Assembly (NCBI RefSeq): GCF_009914755.1 | Contig: NC_060937.1 | Direction: 5' to 3' (one strand) | DNA from: the human T2T-CHM13v2.0 reference genome, Homo sapiens | Length of the DNA stretch: 64,000 nucleotides | Part shown: piece after piece, positions 1-16,600 of the stretch | Numbering within the stretch: the stretch's first letter is position 1 | Layout: every line of letters begins with the position of its first letter | Made by a program: the position numbers and the translations under genes | Notes under the pieces: model-generated | Database searches by the model: none | Seen by the model: only the letters and a program-made list of their open reading frames with translations | Told to the model about the DNA's origin: nothing

Positions 1-1599
1 GCATGTATTATATACTGTTCATAAAATATGAAAGTACATCAAACATATATTTTATTCTGTACATAAAATATCAAGGTTCACTAAATATATATTCTATAGT
101 GTACATAAAATATCAAACTACCCAAACTATACATTATATACTGTACATAAAATATGAAATTACATCAAATATATATTATATTAGGTACATAAAATATGAA
201 AGTACATCAAATACATATTATATACTGTACATAAAATACCAAATTACCCCAAATACATATTATATACTGTACATGAAATATCAAAGTTCACAAACTATAT
301 ATTATATACTGTACATAAAATATCAAAGTACCCAAGGTATATATTCTATACTGTACAAAAAATATCAAAGTACGCAAAGCATGTATTATATAGTGTACAT
401 AAAATATGAAAGTACATCAAATATATATTTTATTCTGTACATAAAATATCAAAGTACACCAAATATATATTCTATAGTGTACATAAAATATCAAAGTACC
501 CAAACTATACATTATATACTGTACATAAAACATGAAATTACATCCAATATATATTATATTAGGTACATAAAATATGAAAGTACATCAAATATAAATTATA
601 TACTGTACATAAAATACCATAGTACCCCAAATATATATTATATACAGTACATGAAATATCAAAGTTCACAAACTATATATTATATACTGTACATAAAATA
701 TCAAAGTACACAAGGTATATATTCCATACTGTACAAAAAATATCAAAGTACCCAAAGCATGTATTATATACTGTTCAAAAAATATGAAATTACATCAAAT
801 ATATATTTTATTCTGTACATAAAATACCAAAGTACACCAAATATATATTCTATAGTGTACATAAAATATCAAATTACCCAAACTATACATTATATACTGT
901 ACATAAAATATGAAATTACATCAAAAATATATTATATTAGGTACATAAAATATGAAAGTACATCAAATATAAATTATATACAGTACATAAAATATCAAAG
1001 TACCCCAAATATATATTATATACTGTACATGAAATATCAAAGTCCACAAACTATATATTATATACTGTACATAAAATATCAAAGTACCCAAGGTATATAT
1101 TCTATACTCTACAAAAAATATCAAAGTACCCAAAGCATGTATTATATACGGTACATAAAATATGAAAGTACATCAAATATATATTTAATTCTGTACATAA
1201 AATATCAAAGTACACCAAATATATATTCTATAGTGTACATAAAATATCAAAGTACCCAAACTATACATTATATACTGTACATAAAATATGAAATTACATC
1301 AAATATATATTATATTAGGTACATAAAATATGAAAGTACATCAAATATAGATTATATACTGTACATAAAATACCAAAGAACCCCAAATATATATTATATA
1401 CTGTACATGAAATATCAAAGTTCACAAACTATATATTATATACTGTACATAAAATATCAAAGTACCCAAGGTATATATTCTATACTGTACAAAAAATATC
1501 AAAGTACCCAAAGCATGTATTATATACTGTTAATAAAATATGAAAGTACATCAAATATATATTTTATTCTGTACATAAAATATCAAAGTACACCAAATA

Positions 1600-3995
1600 T
1601 ATATTCTATAGTGTACATAAAATATCAAATTACCGAAACTATGCATTATATACTGTACATAAACTATGAAATTACATCAAATATATATTATATTAGGTAC
1701 ATAAAATATGAAAGTACATCAAATATAGATTGTATACTGTGCATAGAATACCAAAGTACCCCAAATACATATTGCATACTGTACATGAAATATCAAAGTT
1801 CACAAACTATATTTTATATACTGTACATAAAATATCAAAGTACCCAAGGTATATATTCTATACTGTACAAAAAATATCAAAGTACCCAAAGCAAGTATTA
1901 TATACTGTACATAAAATATGAAAGTACATCAAATGTGTATTTTATTCTGTACATATATCAAAGTACACCAAATATATATTCTATAGTGTACATAAAATAT
2001 CAAAGTACCCAAACTATACATTATATACTGTACATAAAATATGAAATTACATCAAATATATACTATATTATGTACAAAAAATATGAAAGTACATCAAATA
2101 TAGATTATATACTGTACATAAAATACCAAAGTACCCCAAATAAATATTTTATACTGTACATGCAATATCAAAGTTCACAAACTATATATTATATACTGTA
2201 CATAAAATATCAAAGTACCGAAGGTATATATTCTATACTGTACAAAAAATATCAAAGTACCCAAAGCATGTATTATATACTGTACATAAAATATGAAAGT
2301 ACATCAAATATATATTTTATTCTGTACATAAAATATCAAAGTACACCAAATATATATTCTATAGTGTACATAAAATATCAAAGTACCCAAACCATACATT
2401 ATATACTGTACATAAAATATGAAATTACATCAAATATATATAATATTAGGTACATAAAATATGAAAGTACATCAAATATAGATTATGTAGTGTACATAAA
2501 ATACCAAAGTACCCCAAATATATATTATATACTGTACATGAAATATCAAAGTTCACAAACTATATATTATATACTGTACATAAAATATCAAGGTACCCAA
2601 GTTATATATTCTATACTCTACAAAAAATATCAAAGTACCCAAAGCATGTATTATATACTGTACATAAAATAAGAAAGTACATCAAATATATATTTAATTC
2701 TGTACATAAAATATCAAAGTACACCAAATATATATTCTATAGTGTACATAAAATATCAAAGTACCCAAACTATACATTATATACTGTACATAAAATATGA
2801 AATTACGTCAAATATATATTATATTATGTACATAAAATATGAAAGTACATCAAATATAGATTATATACTGTACATAAAATACCAAAGAACCGCAAAAATA
2901 TATTATATACTGTACATGAAATATCAAAGTTCACAAACTATATATTATGTACTGTACATAAAATATCAAAGTACCCAAGGTATATATTCTATACTGTACA
3001 AAAAATATCAAAGTACCCAAAGCATGTATTATATACTGTACATAAAATATGAACGTACATCAAATATATATTTTATTCTGTACATAAAATATCAAAGTAC
3101 ACTAAATATATATTCTATAGTGTACATAAAATATCAAAGTACCCAAACTATACATTATATACTGTACATAAAATATGAAATTAGATCAAATATATATTAT
3201 ATTAGGTACATAAAATATGAAAGTACATCAAATATAAATTATATACTGTACATAAAATACCAAAGTACCCCAAATATATATTATATACTGTACATGCAAT
3301 ATCAAAGTTCACAAACTATATATCATATACTGTATATAAAATATCAAAGTACCGAAGGTACATATTCTATACTGTACAAAAAATATCAAAGTACCCAAAG
3401 CATGTATTACATACTGTACATAAAATATGAAAGTACATCAAATATATATTTTATTCTGTACATTAAATATCAAAGTACACCAAATATATATTCTATAGTG
3501 TACATAAAATATCAAAGTACCCAAACGATACATTATATACTGTACATAAAATATGAAATTACATCAATTATATATTATATTAGGTACATAAAATATGAAA
3601 GTACATCAAATATAGATTGTATACTGTGCATAAAATACCAAAGTACCCCAAATACATATTATATACTGTACATGAAATATGAAAGTTCACAAACTATATA
3701 TTATATACTGTACATAAAATATCAAAGTACCCAAGGTATATATTCTATACTGTACAAAAAATATCAAAGTACCCAAAGCAAGTATTATATACTGTACATA
3801 AAATATGAAAGTACATCAAATATGTATTTTATTCTGTACATATAATATCAAAGTACACCAAATATATATTCTATAGTGTACATAAAATATCAAAGTACCC
3901 AAAGTATACATTAGAAACTGTACATAAAATATGAAATTACATCAAATATATACTATATTATGTACATAAAATATGAAAGTACATCAAATATAGAT
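1600..3995 (+). repeat. Intra-array duplicated block, copy 1 (copy 2 at ~11257-13652)
   Basis: Rare variants are shared at a constant offset of 9657: the 3-bp deletion acatatatcaaag (~1953/11610), ORF pairs 1730/11387 and 2742/12399, and ttagaaac at 3911/13568. Confidence 0.9.
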
Positions 3996-6900
3996 TATAT
4001 ACTGTATGTAAAACACTAAAGTACCCAAAATATATATTTTATACTGTACATGAAATATCAAAGTTCACAAACTATATATTATATACTGTACATAAAATAC
4101 CAAAGTACCGAAGGTATATATTCTATACTGTACAAAAAATATCAAAGTACCCAAAGCATGTATTATATACTGTACATAAAATATGAAAGTACATCAAATA
4201 TATATTTTATTCTGTACATAAAATATCAAAGTACACCAAATATATATTCTATAGTGTACATAAAATATCAAAGTACCCAAACTATACATTATATACTGTA
4301 CATAAAATATGAAATTACATCAAATATATATTATATTAGGTACATAAAATATGAAAGTACATCAAATATAAATTATATACTGTACATAAAATACCAAAGT
4401 ACCCCAAATATATATTATATACTGTACATGAAATATCAAAGTTCACAAACTATATATTATATACTGTACATAAAATATCAAAGTACCCAAGGTATATATT
4501 CTATACTCTACAAAAAATATCAAAGTACCCAAAGCATGTATTATATACTGTACATAAAATATGAAAGTACATCAAATATATATTTAATTCTGTACATAAA
4601 ATATCAAAGTACACCAAATATATATTCTATAGTGTACATAAAATATCAAAGTAGCCAAACTATACATTATATACTGTACATAAAATATGAAATTACATCA
4701 AATATATATTATATTAGGTACATAAAATATGAAAGCACATCAAATATAAATTATATACTGTACATAAAATACCAAAGTACCCCAAATATATATTATATAC
4801 TGTCCATGAAATATCAAATTTCACAAACTATATATTATATACTGTACATAAAATATCAAAGTACCCAAGGTATATATTCTATACTGTACAAAAAATATCA
4901 AAGTACCCAAAGTATGTATTATATACTGTACATAAAATATGAAAGTACATGAAATATATATTTTATTCTGTACATAAAATATCAAATTACACCAAATATA
5001 TATTTTATAGTGTACATAAAATATCAAAGTACCCAAACTATACATTATATACTGTACATAAAATATGAAATTACATCAAATATATATTATATTAGGTACA
5101 TAAAATATGAAAGTACATGAAATATATATTATATACTGTACATAAAATACCAAAGTACCCCAAATACATATTATATACTGTACATGAAATATCAAAGTTC
5201 ACAAACTATATATTATATACTATACATAAAATAACAAAGTACCGAAGGTATATATTCTATACTGTACAAAAAATATCAAAGTACCCAAAGCATGTATTAT
5301 ATACTGTACATAAAATATGAAAGTATATGAAATATATATTTTATTCTGTACATAAAATATCAAATTACACAAAATATATATTCTATAGTGTACATAAAAT
5401 ATCAAAGTACCCAAACTATACATTATATACTGTACAAAAAATATGAAATTACATCAAATATATATTATATTAGGTACATAAAATATGAAAGTACATCAAA
5501 TATAGATTATATACTGTACATAAAATACGAAAGAACCCCAAATATATATTATATACTGTACATGAAATATCAAAGTTCACAAACTATATATTATATACTG
5601 TACATAAAATATAAAAGTGCCCAAGGTATATATTCTATACTGTACAAAAAATATCAAAGTACCCAAAACATGTACTATATACTGTACATAAAATATGAAA
5701 GTACATCAAATATATATTTTATTCTGTACATAAAATATCAAAGTACACCAAATATATATTCTATAGTGTACATAAAATATCAAAATACCCAAACTATACA
5801 TTATATACTGTACATAAAATATGAAATTACATCAAATATATATTATATTAGGTACCTAAAATATGAAAGTACATCAAATATAAATTATATACTGTACATA
5901 AAATAACAAAGAAACCCAAATATATATTATATACTGTACATGAAATATCAAAGTTCACAAACTATATATTATATACTGTACATAAAATATCAAAGTACCC
6001 AAGGTATATATTCCATACTCTACAAAAAATATCAAAGTACCCAAAGCATGTATTATATACTGTTCATAAAATATGAAAGTACATCAAATATATATTTTAT
6101 TCTGTACATAAAATATCAAAGTACACTAAATATATATTCTATAGTGTACATAAAATATCAAAGTACCCAAACTATACATTATATACTGTACATAAAATAT
6201 GAAATTACATCAAATATATATTATATTAGGTACATAAAATATGAAAGTACATCAAATATAAATTATATACTGTACATAAAATATCAAAGTACCTCAAATA
6301 TATATTATATACTGAACATGAAATATCAAAGTTCACAAACTATATATTATATACTGTACATAAAATATCAAAATACCCCAGGTATATATTCTATACTGTA
6401 CAAAAAATATAAAAGTACCCAAAACATGTATTATATACTGTACATAAAATATGAAAGTACATCAAATATATATTTTATCCTGTACATAAAATATCAAAGT
6501 ACACCAAATATATATTCTATAGTGTACATAAAATATCAAATTACCCAAACTATACATTATATACTGTACATAAAATATGAAATTACATCAAATATATATT
6601 ATATTAGGTACATAAAATATGAAAGTACATCAAATATAAATTATATACTGTACATAAAATATCAAAGTACCTCAAATATATATTATATACTGTACATGAA
6701 ATATCAAAGTTCACAAACTATATATTATATACTGTACATAAAATATCAAAGTACCCAAGGTATATATTCTATACTGTACAAAAAATATAAAAGCACCCAA
6801 AACATGTATTATATACTGTACATAAAATATGAAAGTACATCATATATATATTTTATTCTGTAAATAAAATATCAAAGTACACCAAATATATATTCTATAG

Positions 6901-9900
6901 TGTACATAAAATATCAAAGTACCCAAACTATACATTATATACTGTACATAAAATATGAAATTACATCAAATATATATTATATTAGGTACATAAAATATGA
7001 AAGTACATCAAATATAGATTATATACTGTACATAAAATATCAAAGTACCCCAAATAAATATTTTATACTGTACATGCAATATCAAAGTTCACAAACTATA
7101 TATTATATACTGTACATAAAATATCAAAGTACCGAAGGTATATATTCTATACTGTACAAAAAATATCAAAGTACCCAAAGCATGTATTATATACTGTACA
7201 TAAAATATGAAAGTACATCAAATATATATTTTATTCTGTACATAAAATATCAAAGTACACCAAATATATATTCTATAGTGTACATAAGATATAAAAGTAC
7301 CCAAACTATATATTATATACTGTACATAAAATATGAAATTACATCAAAAATATATTATATTAGGTACATAAAATATGAAAGTACATCAAATATAAATTAT
7401 ATACAGTACATAAAAAATCAAAATACCCCAAATATATATTATATACTGTACATGAAATATCAAAGTCCACAAACTATATATTATATATTGTACATAAAAT
7501 ATCAAAGTACCCAAGGTATATATTCTATACTGTACAAAAAATATCAAAGTACCCAAAGCATGTATTATATAGTGTATATAAAATATGAAAGTACATCAAA
7601 TATATATTTAATTTTGTACATAAAATATCAAAGTACACCAAATATATATTCTATACTGTACATAAAATATCAAAGTACCCAAACTATACATTATATACTG
7701 TACATAAAATATGAAATTACATCAAATATATATTATATTAGGTACATAAAATATGAAAGTACATCAAATATAGATTATATACTGTACATAAAATACCAAA
7801 GAACCCCAAATATATATTATATACTGTACATGAAATATGAAAGTTCCCAAACTATATATTATATACTGTACATAAAATATCAAAGTACCCAATGTATATA
7901 TTCTATACTGTACAAAAAATATCAAAGTACGCAAAGCATGTATTATATACTGTTAATAAAATATGAAAGTACATCAAATATATATTTTATTCTGTACATA
8001 AAATATCAAAGTACACCAAATATATATTCTATAGTGTACATAAAATATCAAAATACCCAAACTATACATTATATACTGTACATAAAATATGAAATTACAT
8101 CAAATATATATTATATTATGTACATAAAATATGAAAGTACATCAAATATAGATTATATACTGTACATAAAATACCAAAGTACACCAAATATATATTTTAT
8201 ACTGTACATGAAATATCAAAGTTCACAAACTATATATTATATACTGTACATAAAATATCAAAGTACCCAAGGTATATATTCTATACTGTGCAAAAAATAT
8301 CAAAGTACCCAAAGCATGTATTATATACTGTACATAAAATATGAAAGTACATCAAATATATATTTTATTCTGTACATAAAATATCAAAGTACACTAAATA
8401 TATATTCTATAGTGTACATAAAATATCAAAGTACCCAAACTATACATTATATACTGTACATAAAATATGAAATTACATCAAATATATATTATATTAGGTA
8501 CATAAAATATGAAAGTACATCAAATATAGATTATATACTGTACATAAAATACCAAAGTACCCCAAATACATATTATATACTGTACATGAAATATCAAAGT
8601 TCACAAACTATATATTATATACTGTACATAAAATATCAAAGTACCCAAGGTATATATTCTATACTGTACAAAAAATATCAAAGTACCCCAAGCAAGTATT
8701 ATATACTGTACATAAAACATGAAAGTACATCAAATATATATTTTATTCTGTACATAAAGTATCAAAGTACACCAAATATATATCCTATAGTGTACATAAA
8801 ATATCAAAGTACCCAAACTATACATTATATACTGTACATAAAATATGAAATTACATCAAATATATATTATATTAGGTACTTAAAATATGAAAGTACATCA
8901 AATATAAATTATATACTGTACATAAAGTACCAAAGTACACCAAATATATATTATATACTGTACATGCAATATCAAAGTTCACAAACTATATATCATATAC
9001 TGTACACAAAATATCAAAGTACCGAAGGTATATATTCTATAGTGTACAAAAAATATGAAAGTACGCAAAGCATGTATTATATACTGTACATAAAATAAGA
9101 AAGTACATCAAATATATATTTTATTCTGTACATAAAATATCAAAGTACACCAAATATATATTCTATAGTGTACATAAAATATCAAAGTACCCAAACTATA
9201 CATTATATACAGTACATAAAATATGAAATTACATCAAATATATATTATAATAGGTACATAAAATATGAAAGTACATCAAATATAAATTATATACTGTACA
9301 TAAAATACCAAAGAACCCCAAATATATATTATATACTGTACATGAAATATCAAAGTTCACAAACTATATATTATATACTGTATATAAAATATCAAAGTAC
9401 CCAAGGTATATATTCTATACTGTACAAAAAATATCAAAGTACCCAAAGCATGTATTATATACTGTTCATAAAAGATGAAAGTACATCAAATATATATTTA
9501 ATTCTGTAAATAAAATATCAAAGTACACCAAATATATATTCTATAGTGTACATAAAATATCAAAGTACCCAAACTATACATTATATACTGTACATAAAAT
9601 ATGAAATTACATCAAATATATATTAAAATAGGTACATAAAATATGAAAGTACATCAAATATAGATTATATACTGTACATAAAATATCAAAGTATCCCAAA
9701 TATATATTATATACTGTACATGAAATATAAAAGTTCACAAACTATATATTATATACTGTACATAAAATATCAAAGTACCCAAGGTATATATTCTATACTG
9801 TACAAAAAATATGAAATTACATCAAATATATATTATATTATGTACATAAAATATAAAAGTACATCAAATATAGATTATATACTGTACATAAAATACCAAA

Positions 9901-11256
9901 GTACACCAAATATATATTTTATACTGTACATGCAATATCAAAGTTCACAAACTATATATTATATACTGTACATAAAATATCAAAGTACCCAAGGTATATA
10001 TTCTATACTGTACAAAAAATATCATAGTACCCAAAGCATGTATTATATACTGTACATAAAATATGAAAGTACATCAAATATATATTTTATTCTGTACATA
10101 AAATATTAAAGTACACTAAATATATATTCTATAGTGTACATAAAATATCAAAGTACCCAAACTATACATTATATACTGTACATAAAATATGAAATTACAT
10201 CAAATATATATTATATTAGGTACATAAAATATGAAAGTACATCAAATATAGATTATATACTGTACATAAAATACCAAAGTACCCCAAATACATATTATAT
10301 ACTGTACATGAAATATCAAAGTTCACAAACTATTTATTATATACTGTACATAAAATATCAAAGTACCCAAGGTATATATTCTATACTGTACAAAAAATAT
10401 CAAAGTACCCAAAGCATGTATTATATTGTGTATATAAAATATGAAAGTACATCAAATATATATTTAATTCTGTACATAAAATATCAAAGTACACCAAATA
10501 TATATTCTATAGTGTACATAAAATATCAAAGTACCCAAACTATACATTATATACTGTACATAAAATATGAAATTACATCAAATATATATTATATTAGGTA
10601 CATAAAATATGAAAGTACATCAAATATAGATTATATACTGTACATAAAATACCAAAGAACCCCAAATATATATTATATACTGTACATGAAATATCAAAGT
10701 TCACAAACTATATATTATATACTGTACATAAAATATCAAAGTACCCAAGGTATATATTCTATACTGTACAAAAAATACCAAAGTACCCAAAGCACGTATT
10801 ATATACTGTTAATAAAATATGAAAGTACATCAAATATATATTTTATTCTGTACATAAAATATCAAAGTACACCAAATATATATTCTATAGTGTACATAAA
10901 ATATCAAATTACCCAAACTATACATTATATACTGTGCATAAAATATGAAATTACATCAAATATATATTATATTAGGTGCATAAAATATGAAAGTACATCA
11001 AATATAAATTATATACTGTACATAAAATATCAAAGTACCCCAAATATATATTATATACTGTACATGAAATATCAAAGTTCACAAACTATATATTATATAC
11101 TGTACATAAAATATCAAAGTACCCAAGGTATATATTCTATACTGTACAAAAAATATCAAAGTACCCAAAGCATGTATTATATAGTGTATATAAAATATGA
11201 AAGAACATCAAATATATATTTTATTCTGTACATAAAATATCAAAGTACACCAAATA

Positions 11257-13652
11257 TATATTCTATAGTGTACATAAAATATCAAATTACCCAAACTATG
11301 CATTATATACTGTACATAAACTATGAAATTACATCAAATATATATTATATTAGGTACATAAAATATGAAAGTACATCAAATATAGATTGTATACTGTGCA
11401 TAGAATACCAAAGTACCCCAAATACATATTGTATACTGTACATGAAATATCAAAGTTCACAAACTATATTTTATATACTGTACATAAAATTTCAAAGTAC
11501 CCAAGGTATATATTCTATACTGTACAAAAAATATCAAAGTACCCAAAGCAAGTATTATATACTGTACATAAAATATGAAAGTACATCAAATGTGTATTTT
11601 ATTCTGTACATATATCAAAGTACACCAAATATATATTCTATAGTGTACATAAAATATCAAAGTACCCAAACTATACATTATATACTGTACATAAAATATG
11701 AAATTACATCAAATATATACTATATTATGTACAAAAAATATGAAAGTACATCAAATATAGATTATATACTGTACATAAAATACCAAAGTACCCCAAATAA
11801 ATATTTTATACTGTACATGCAATATCAAAGTTCACAAACTATATATTATATACTGTACATAAAATATCAAAGTACCGAAGGTATATATTCTATACTGTAC
11901 AAAAAATATCAAAGTACCCAAAGCATGTATTATATACTGTACATAAAATATGAAAGTACATCAAATATATATTTTATTCTGTACATAAAATATCAAAGTA
12001 CACCAAATATATATTCTATAGTGTACATAAAATATCAAAGTACCCAAACCATACATTATATACTGTACATAAAATATGAAATTACATCAAATATATATTA
12101 TATTAGGTACATAAAATATGAAAGTACATCAAATATAGATTATATAGTGTACATAAAATACCAAAGTACCCCAAATATATATTATATACTGTACATGAAA
12201 TATCAAAGTTCACAAACTATATATTATATACTGTACATAAAATATCAAGGTACCCAAGGTATATATTCTATACTCTACAAAAAATATCAAAGTACCCAAA
12301 GCATGTATTATATACTGTACATAAAATAAGAAAGTACATCAAATATATATTTAATTCTGTACATAAAATATCAAAGTACACCAAATATATATTCTATAGT
12401 GTACATAAAATATCAAAGTACCCAAACTATACATTATATACTGTACATAAAATATGAAATTACGTCAAATATATATTATATTATGTACATAAAATATGAA
12501 AGTACATCAAATATAGATTATATACTGTACATAAAATACCAAAGAACCGCAAATATATATTATATACTGTACATGAAATATCAAAGTTCACAAACTATAT
12601 ATTATATACTGTACATAAAATATCAAAGTACCCAAGGTATATATTCTATACTGTACAAAAAATATCAAAGTACCCAAAGCATGTATTATATACTGTACAT
12701 AAAATATGAACGTACATCAAATATATATTTTATTCTGTACATAAAATATCAAAGTACACTAAATATATATTCTATAGTGTACATAAAATATCAAAGTACC
12801 CAAACTATACATTATATACTGTACATAAAATATGAAATTACATCAAATATATATTATATTAGGTACATAAAATATGAAAGTACATCAAATATAAATTATA
12901 TACTGTACATAAAATACCAAAGTACCCCAAATATATATTATATACTGTACATGCAATATCAAAGTTCACAAACTATATATCATATACTGTACATAAAATA
13001 TCAAAGTACCGAAGGTACATATTCTATACTGTACAAAAAATATCAAAGTACCCAAAGCATGTATTATATACTGTACATAAAATATGAAAGTACATCAAAT
13101 ATATATTTTATTCTGTACATTAAATATCAAAGTACACCAAATATATATTCTATAGTGTACATAAAATATCAAAGTACCCAAACGATACATTATATACTGT
13201 ACATAAAATATGAAATTACATCAATTATATATTATATTAGGTACATAAAATATGAAAGTACATCAAATATAGATTGTATACTGTGCATAAAATACCAAAG
13301 TACCCCAAATACATATTATATACTGTACATGAAATATGAAAGTTCACAAACTATATATTATATACTGTACATAAAATATCAAAGTACCCAAGGTATATAT
13401 TCCATACTGTACAAAAAATATCAAAGTACCCAAAGCAAGTATTATATACTGTACATAAAATATGAAAGTACATCAAATATGTATTTTATTCTGTACATAT
13501 AATATCAAAGTACACCAAATATATATTCTATAGTGTACATAAAATATCAAAGTACCCAAACTATACATTAGAAACTGTACATAAAATATGAAATTACATC
13601 AAATATATACTATATTATGTACATAAAATATGAAAGTACATCAAATATAGAT
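11257..13652 (+). repeat. Intra-array duplicated block, copy 2 of ~1600-3995
   Basis: Same markers as copy 1. 9657 = 230 x 42 - 3, consistent with the intervening 4-monomer loss and the 3-bp deletion. Confidence 0.9.
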
Positions 13653-16600
13653 TGTATACTGTGCATAAAATACCAAAGTACCCCAAATACATATTATATA
13701 CTGTACATGAAATATCAAAGTTCACAAACTATATATTATATACTGTACATAAAATATCAAAGTACCCAAGGTATATATTCTATACTGTACAAAAAATATC
13801 AAAGTACCCCAAGCAAGTATTATATACTGTACATAAAATATGAAAGTACATCAAATATATATTTTATTCTGTACATAAAGTATCAAAGTACACCAAATAT
13901 ATATCCTATAGTGTACATAAAATATCAAAGTACCCAAACAATACATTATATACTGTACATAAAATATGAAATTACATCAAATATATATTATATTAGGTAC
14001 TTAAAATATGAAAGTACATCAAATATAAATTATATACTGTACATAAAGTACCAAAGTACCCCAAATATATATTATATACTGTACATGCAATATCAAAGTT
14101 CACAAACTATATATCATATACTGTACACAAAATATCAAAGTACCGAAGGTATATATTCTATAGTGTACAAAAAATATGAAAGTACGCAAAGCATGTATTA
14201 TATACTGTACATAAAATATGAAAGTACATCAAATATATATTTTATTCTGTACATAAAATATCAAAGTACACCAAATATATATTCTATAGTGTACATAAAA
14301 TATCAAAGTACCCAAACCATACATTATATACTGTACATAAAATATGAAATTACATCCAATATATATTATATTAGGTACATAAAATATGAAAGTACATCAA
14401 ATATAGATTATATAGTGTACATAAAATACCAAAGTACCCAAATATATATTATATACTGTACATGAAATATCAAAGTTCACAAACTATATATTATATACTG
14501 TACATAAAATATCAAGGTACCCAAGGAATATATTCTATACTCTACAAAAAATATCAAAGTACCCAAAGCATGTATTATATACGGTACATAAAATATGAAA
14601 GTACATCAAATATATATTTAATTCTGTACATAAAATATTAAAGTACACCAAATATATATTCTATAGTGTACATAAAATATCAAAGTACCCAAACTATACA
14701 TTATATACTGTACATAAAATATGAAATTACGTCAAATATATATTATATTATGTACATAAAATATGAAAGTACATCAAATATAGATTATATACTGTACATA
14801 AAATACCAAAGTACACCAAATATATATTTTATACTGTACATGAAATATCAAAGTTCACAAACTATGTATTATATACTGTAGATAAAATATCAAAGTACCC
14901 AAGGTATGTATTCTATACTGTACAAAAAATATCAAAGTACCCAAAGCATGTATTATATACTGTACATAAAATATGAAAGTACATCAAATATAGATTATAT
15001 ACTGTACATAAAATACCAAAGTACCCCAAATACATATTATATACTGTACATGAAATATCAAAGTTCACAAACTATATATTATATACTGTACATAAAATAT
15101 GAAAGTACCCAAGGTATATATTCTATAATGTAAAAAAATATCAAAGTACCCAAAGCAAGTATTATATACTGTACATAAAATATGAAAGTACATCAAATAT
15201 ATATTTAATTCTGTACATAAAATATCAAAGTACACCAAATATGTATTCTATAGTGTACATAAAATATCAATGTAGCCAAACTATACATTATATACTGTAC
15301 ATAAAATATGAAATTACATCAAATATATATTATATTATGTACATAAAATATGAAACTACATCAAATATAGATTATATACTGTACATAAAATACCAAAGTA
15401 CACCAAATATATATTTTATACTGTACATGCAATATCAAAGTTCACAAACTATATATTATATACTGCACATAAAATATCAAAGTACCCAAGGTATATATTC
15501 TATACTGTGCAAAAAATATCAAAGTACCCAAAGCATGTATTATATACTGTACATAAAATATGAAAGTACATCAAATATATATTTTATTCTGTACATAAAA
15601 TATCAAAGTACACTAAATATATATTCTATAGTGTACATAAAATATCAAAGTACCCAAACTATACATTATATACTGTACATAAAATATGAAATTACATCAA
15701 ATATATATTATATTAGGTACATAAAATATGAAAGTACATCAAATATAGATTATATACTGTACATAAAATACCAAAGTACCCCAAATACAAATTATATACT
15801 GTACATGAAATATCAAAGTTCACAAACTATATATTATATACTGTACATAAAATATCAAAGTACCCAAGGTATATATTCTATACTGTACAAAAAATATCAA
15901 AGTACCCAAAGCATGTATTATATACTGTTCATAAAATATGAAACTACATCAAATATATATTTTATTCTGTACATAAAATATCAAAGTACACCAAATATAT
16001 ATTCTATAGTGTACATAAAATATCAAAGTACCCAAACTATACATTATAAACTGTACATAAAATATGAAAGTACATCAAATATATACTATATTATGTACAT
16101 AAAATATGAAAGTACATCAAATATATATTTTATTTTGTACATAAAATATCAAAGTACACCAAATATATATTCTATAGTGTACATAAAATATCAAAGTACC
16201 CAAACTATACATTATATACTGTACATAAAATATGAAATTACATCAAATATATATTATATTAGGTACATAAAATATGAAAGTACATCAAATATAAATTATA
16301 TACAGTACATAAAATACCAAAGTACCCCAAATGTATATTATATACTGTACATGCAATATCAAAGTTCACAAACTATATATCATATACTGTACATAAAATA
16401 TCAAAGTACCGAAGGTATATATTCTATACTGTACAAAAAATATCAAAGTACGCAAAGCATGTATTATATACTGTACATAAATTATGAAAGTACATCAAAT
16501 ATATATTTTATTCTGTACATAAAATATCAAAGTACACCAAATATATATTCTATAGTGTACATAAAATATCAAAGTACCCAAACTATACATTATATACTGT

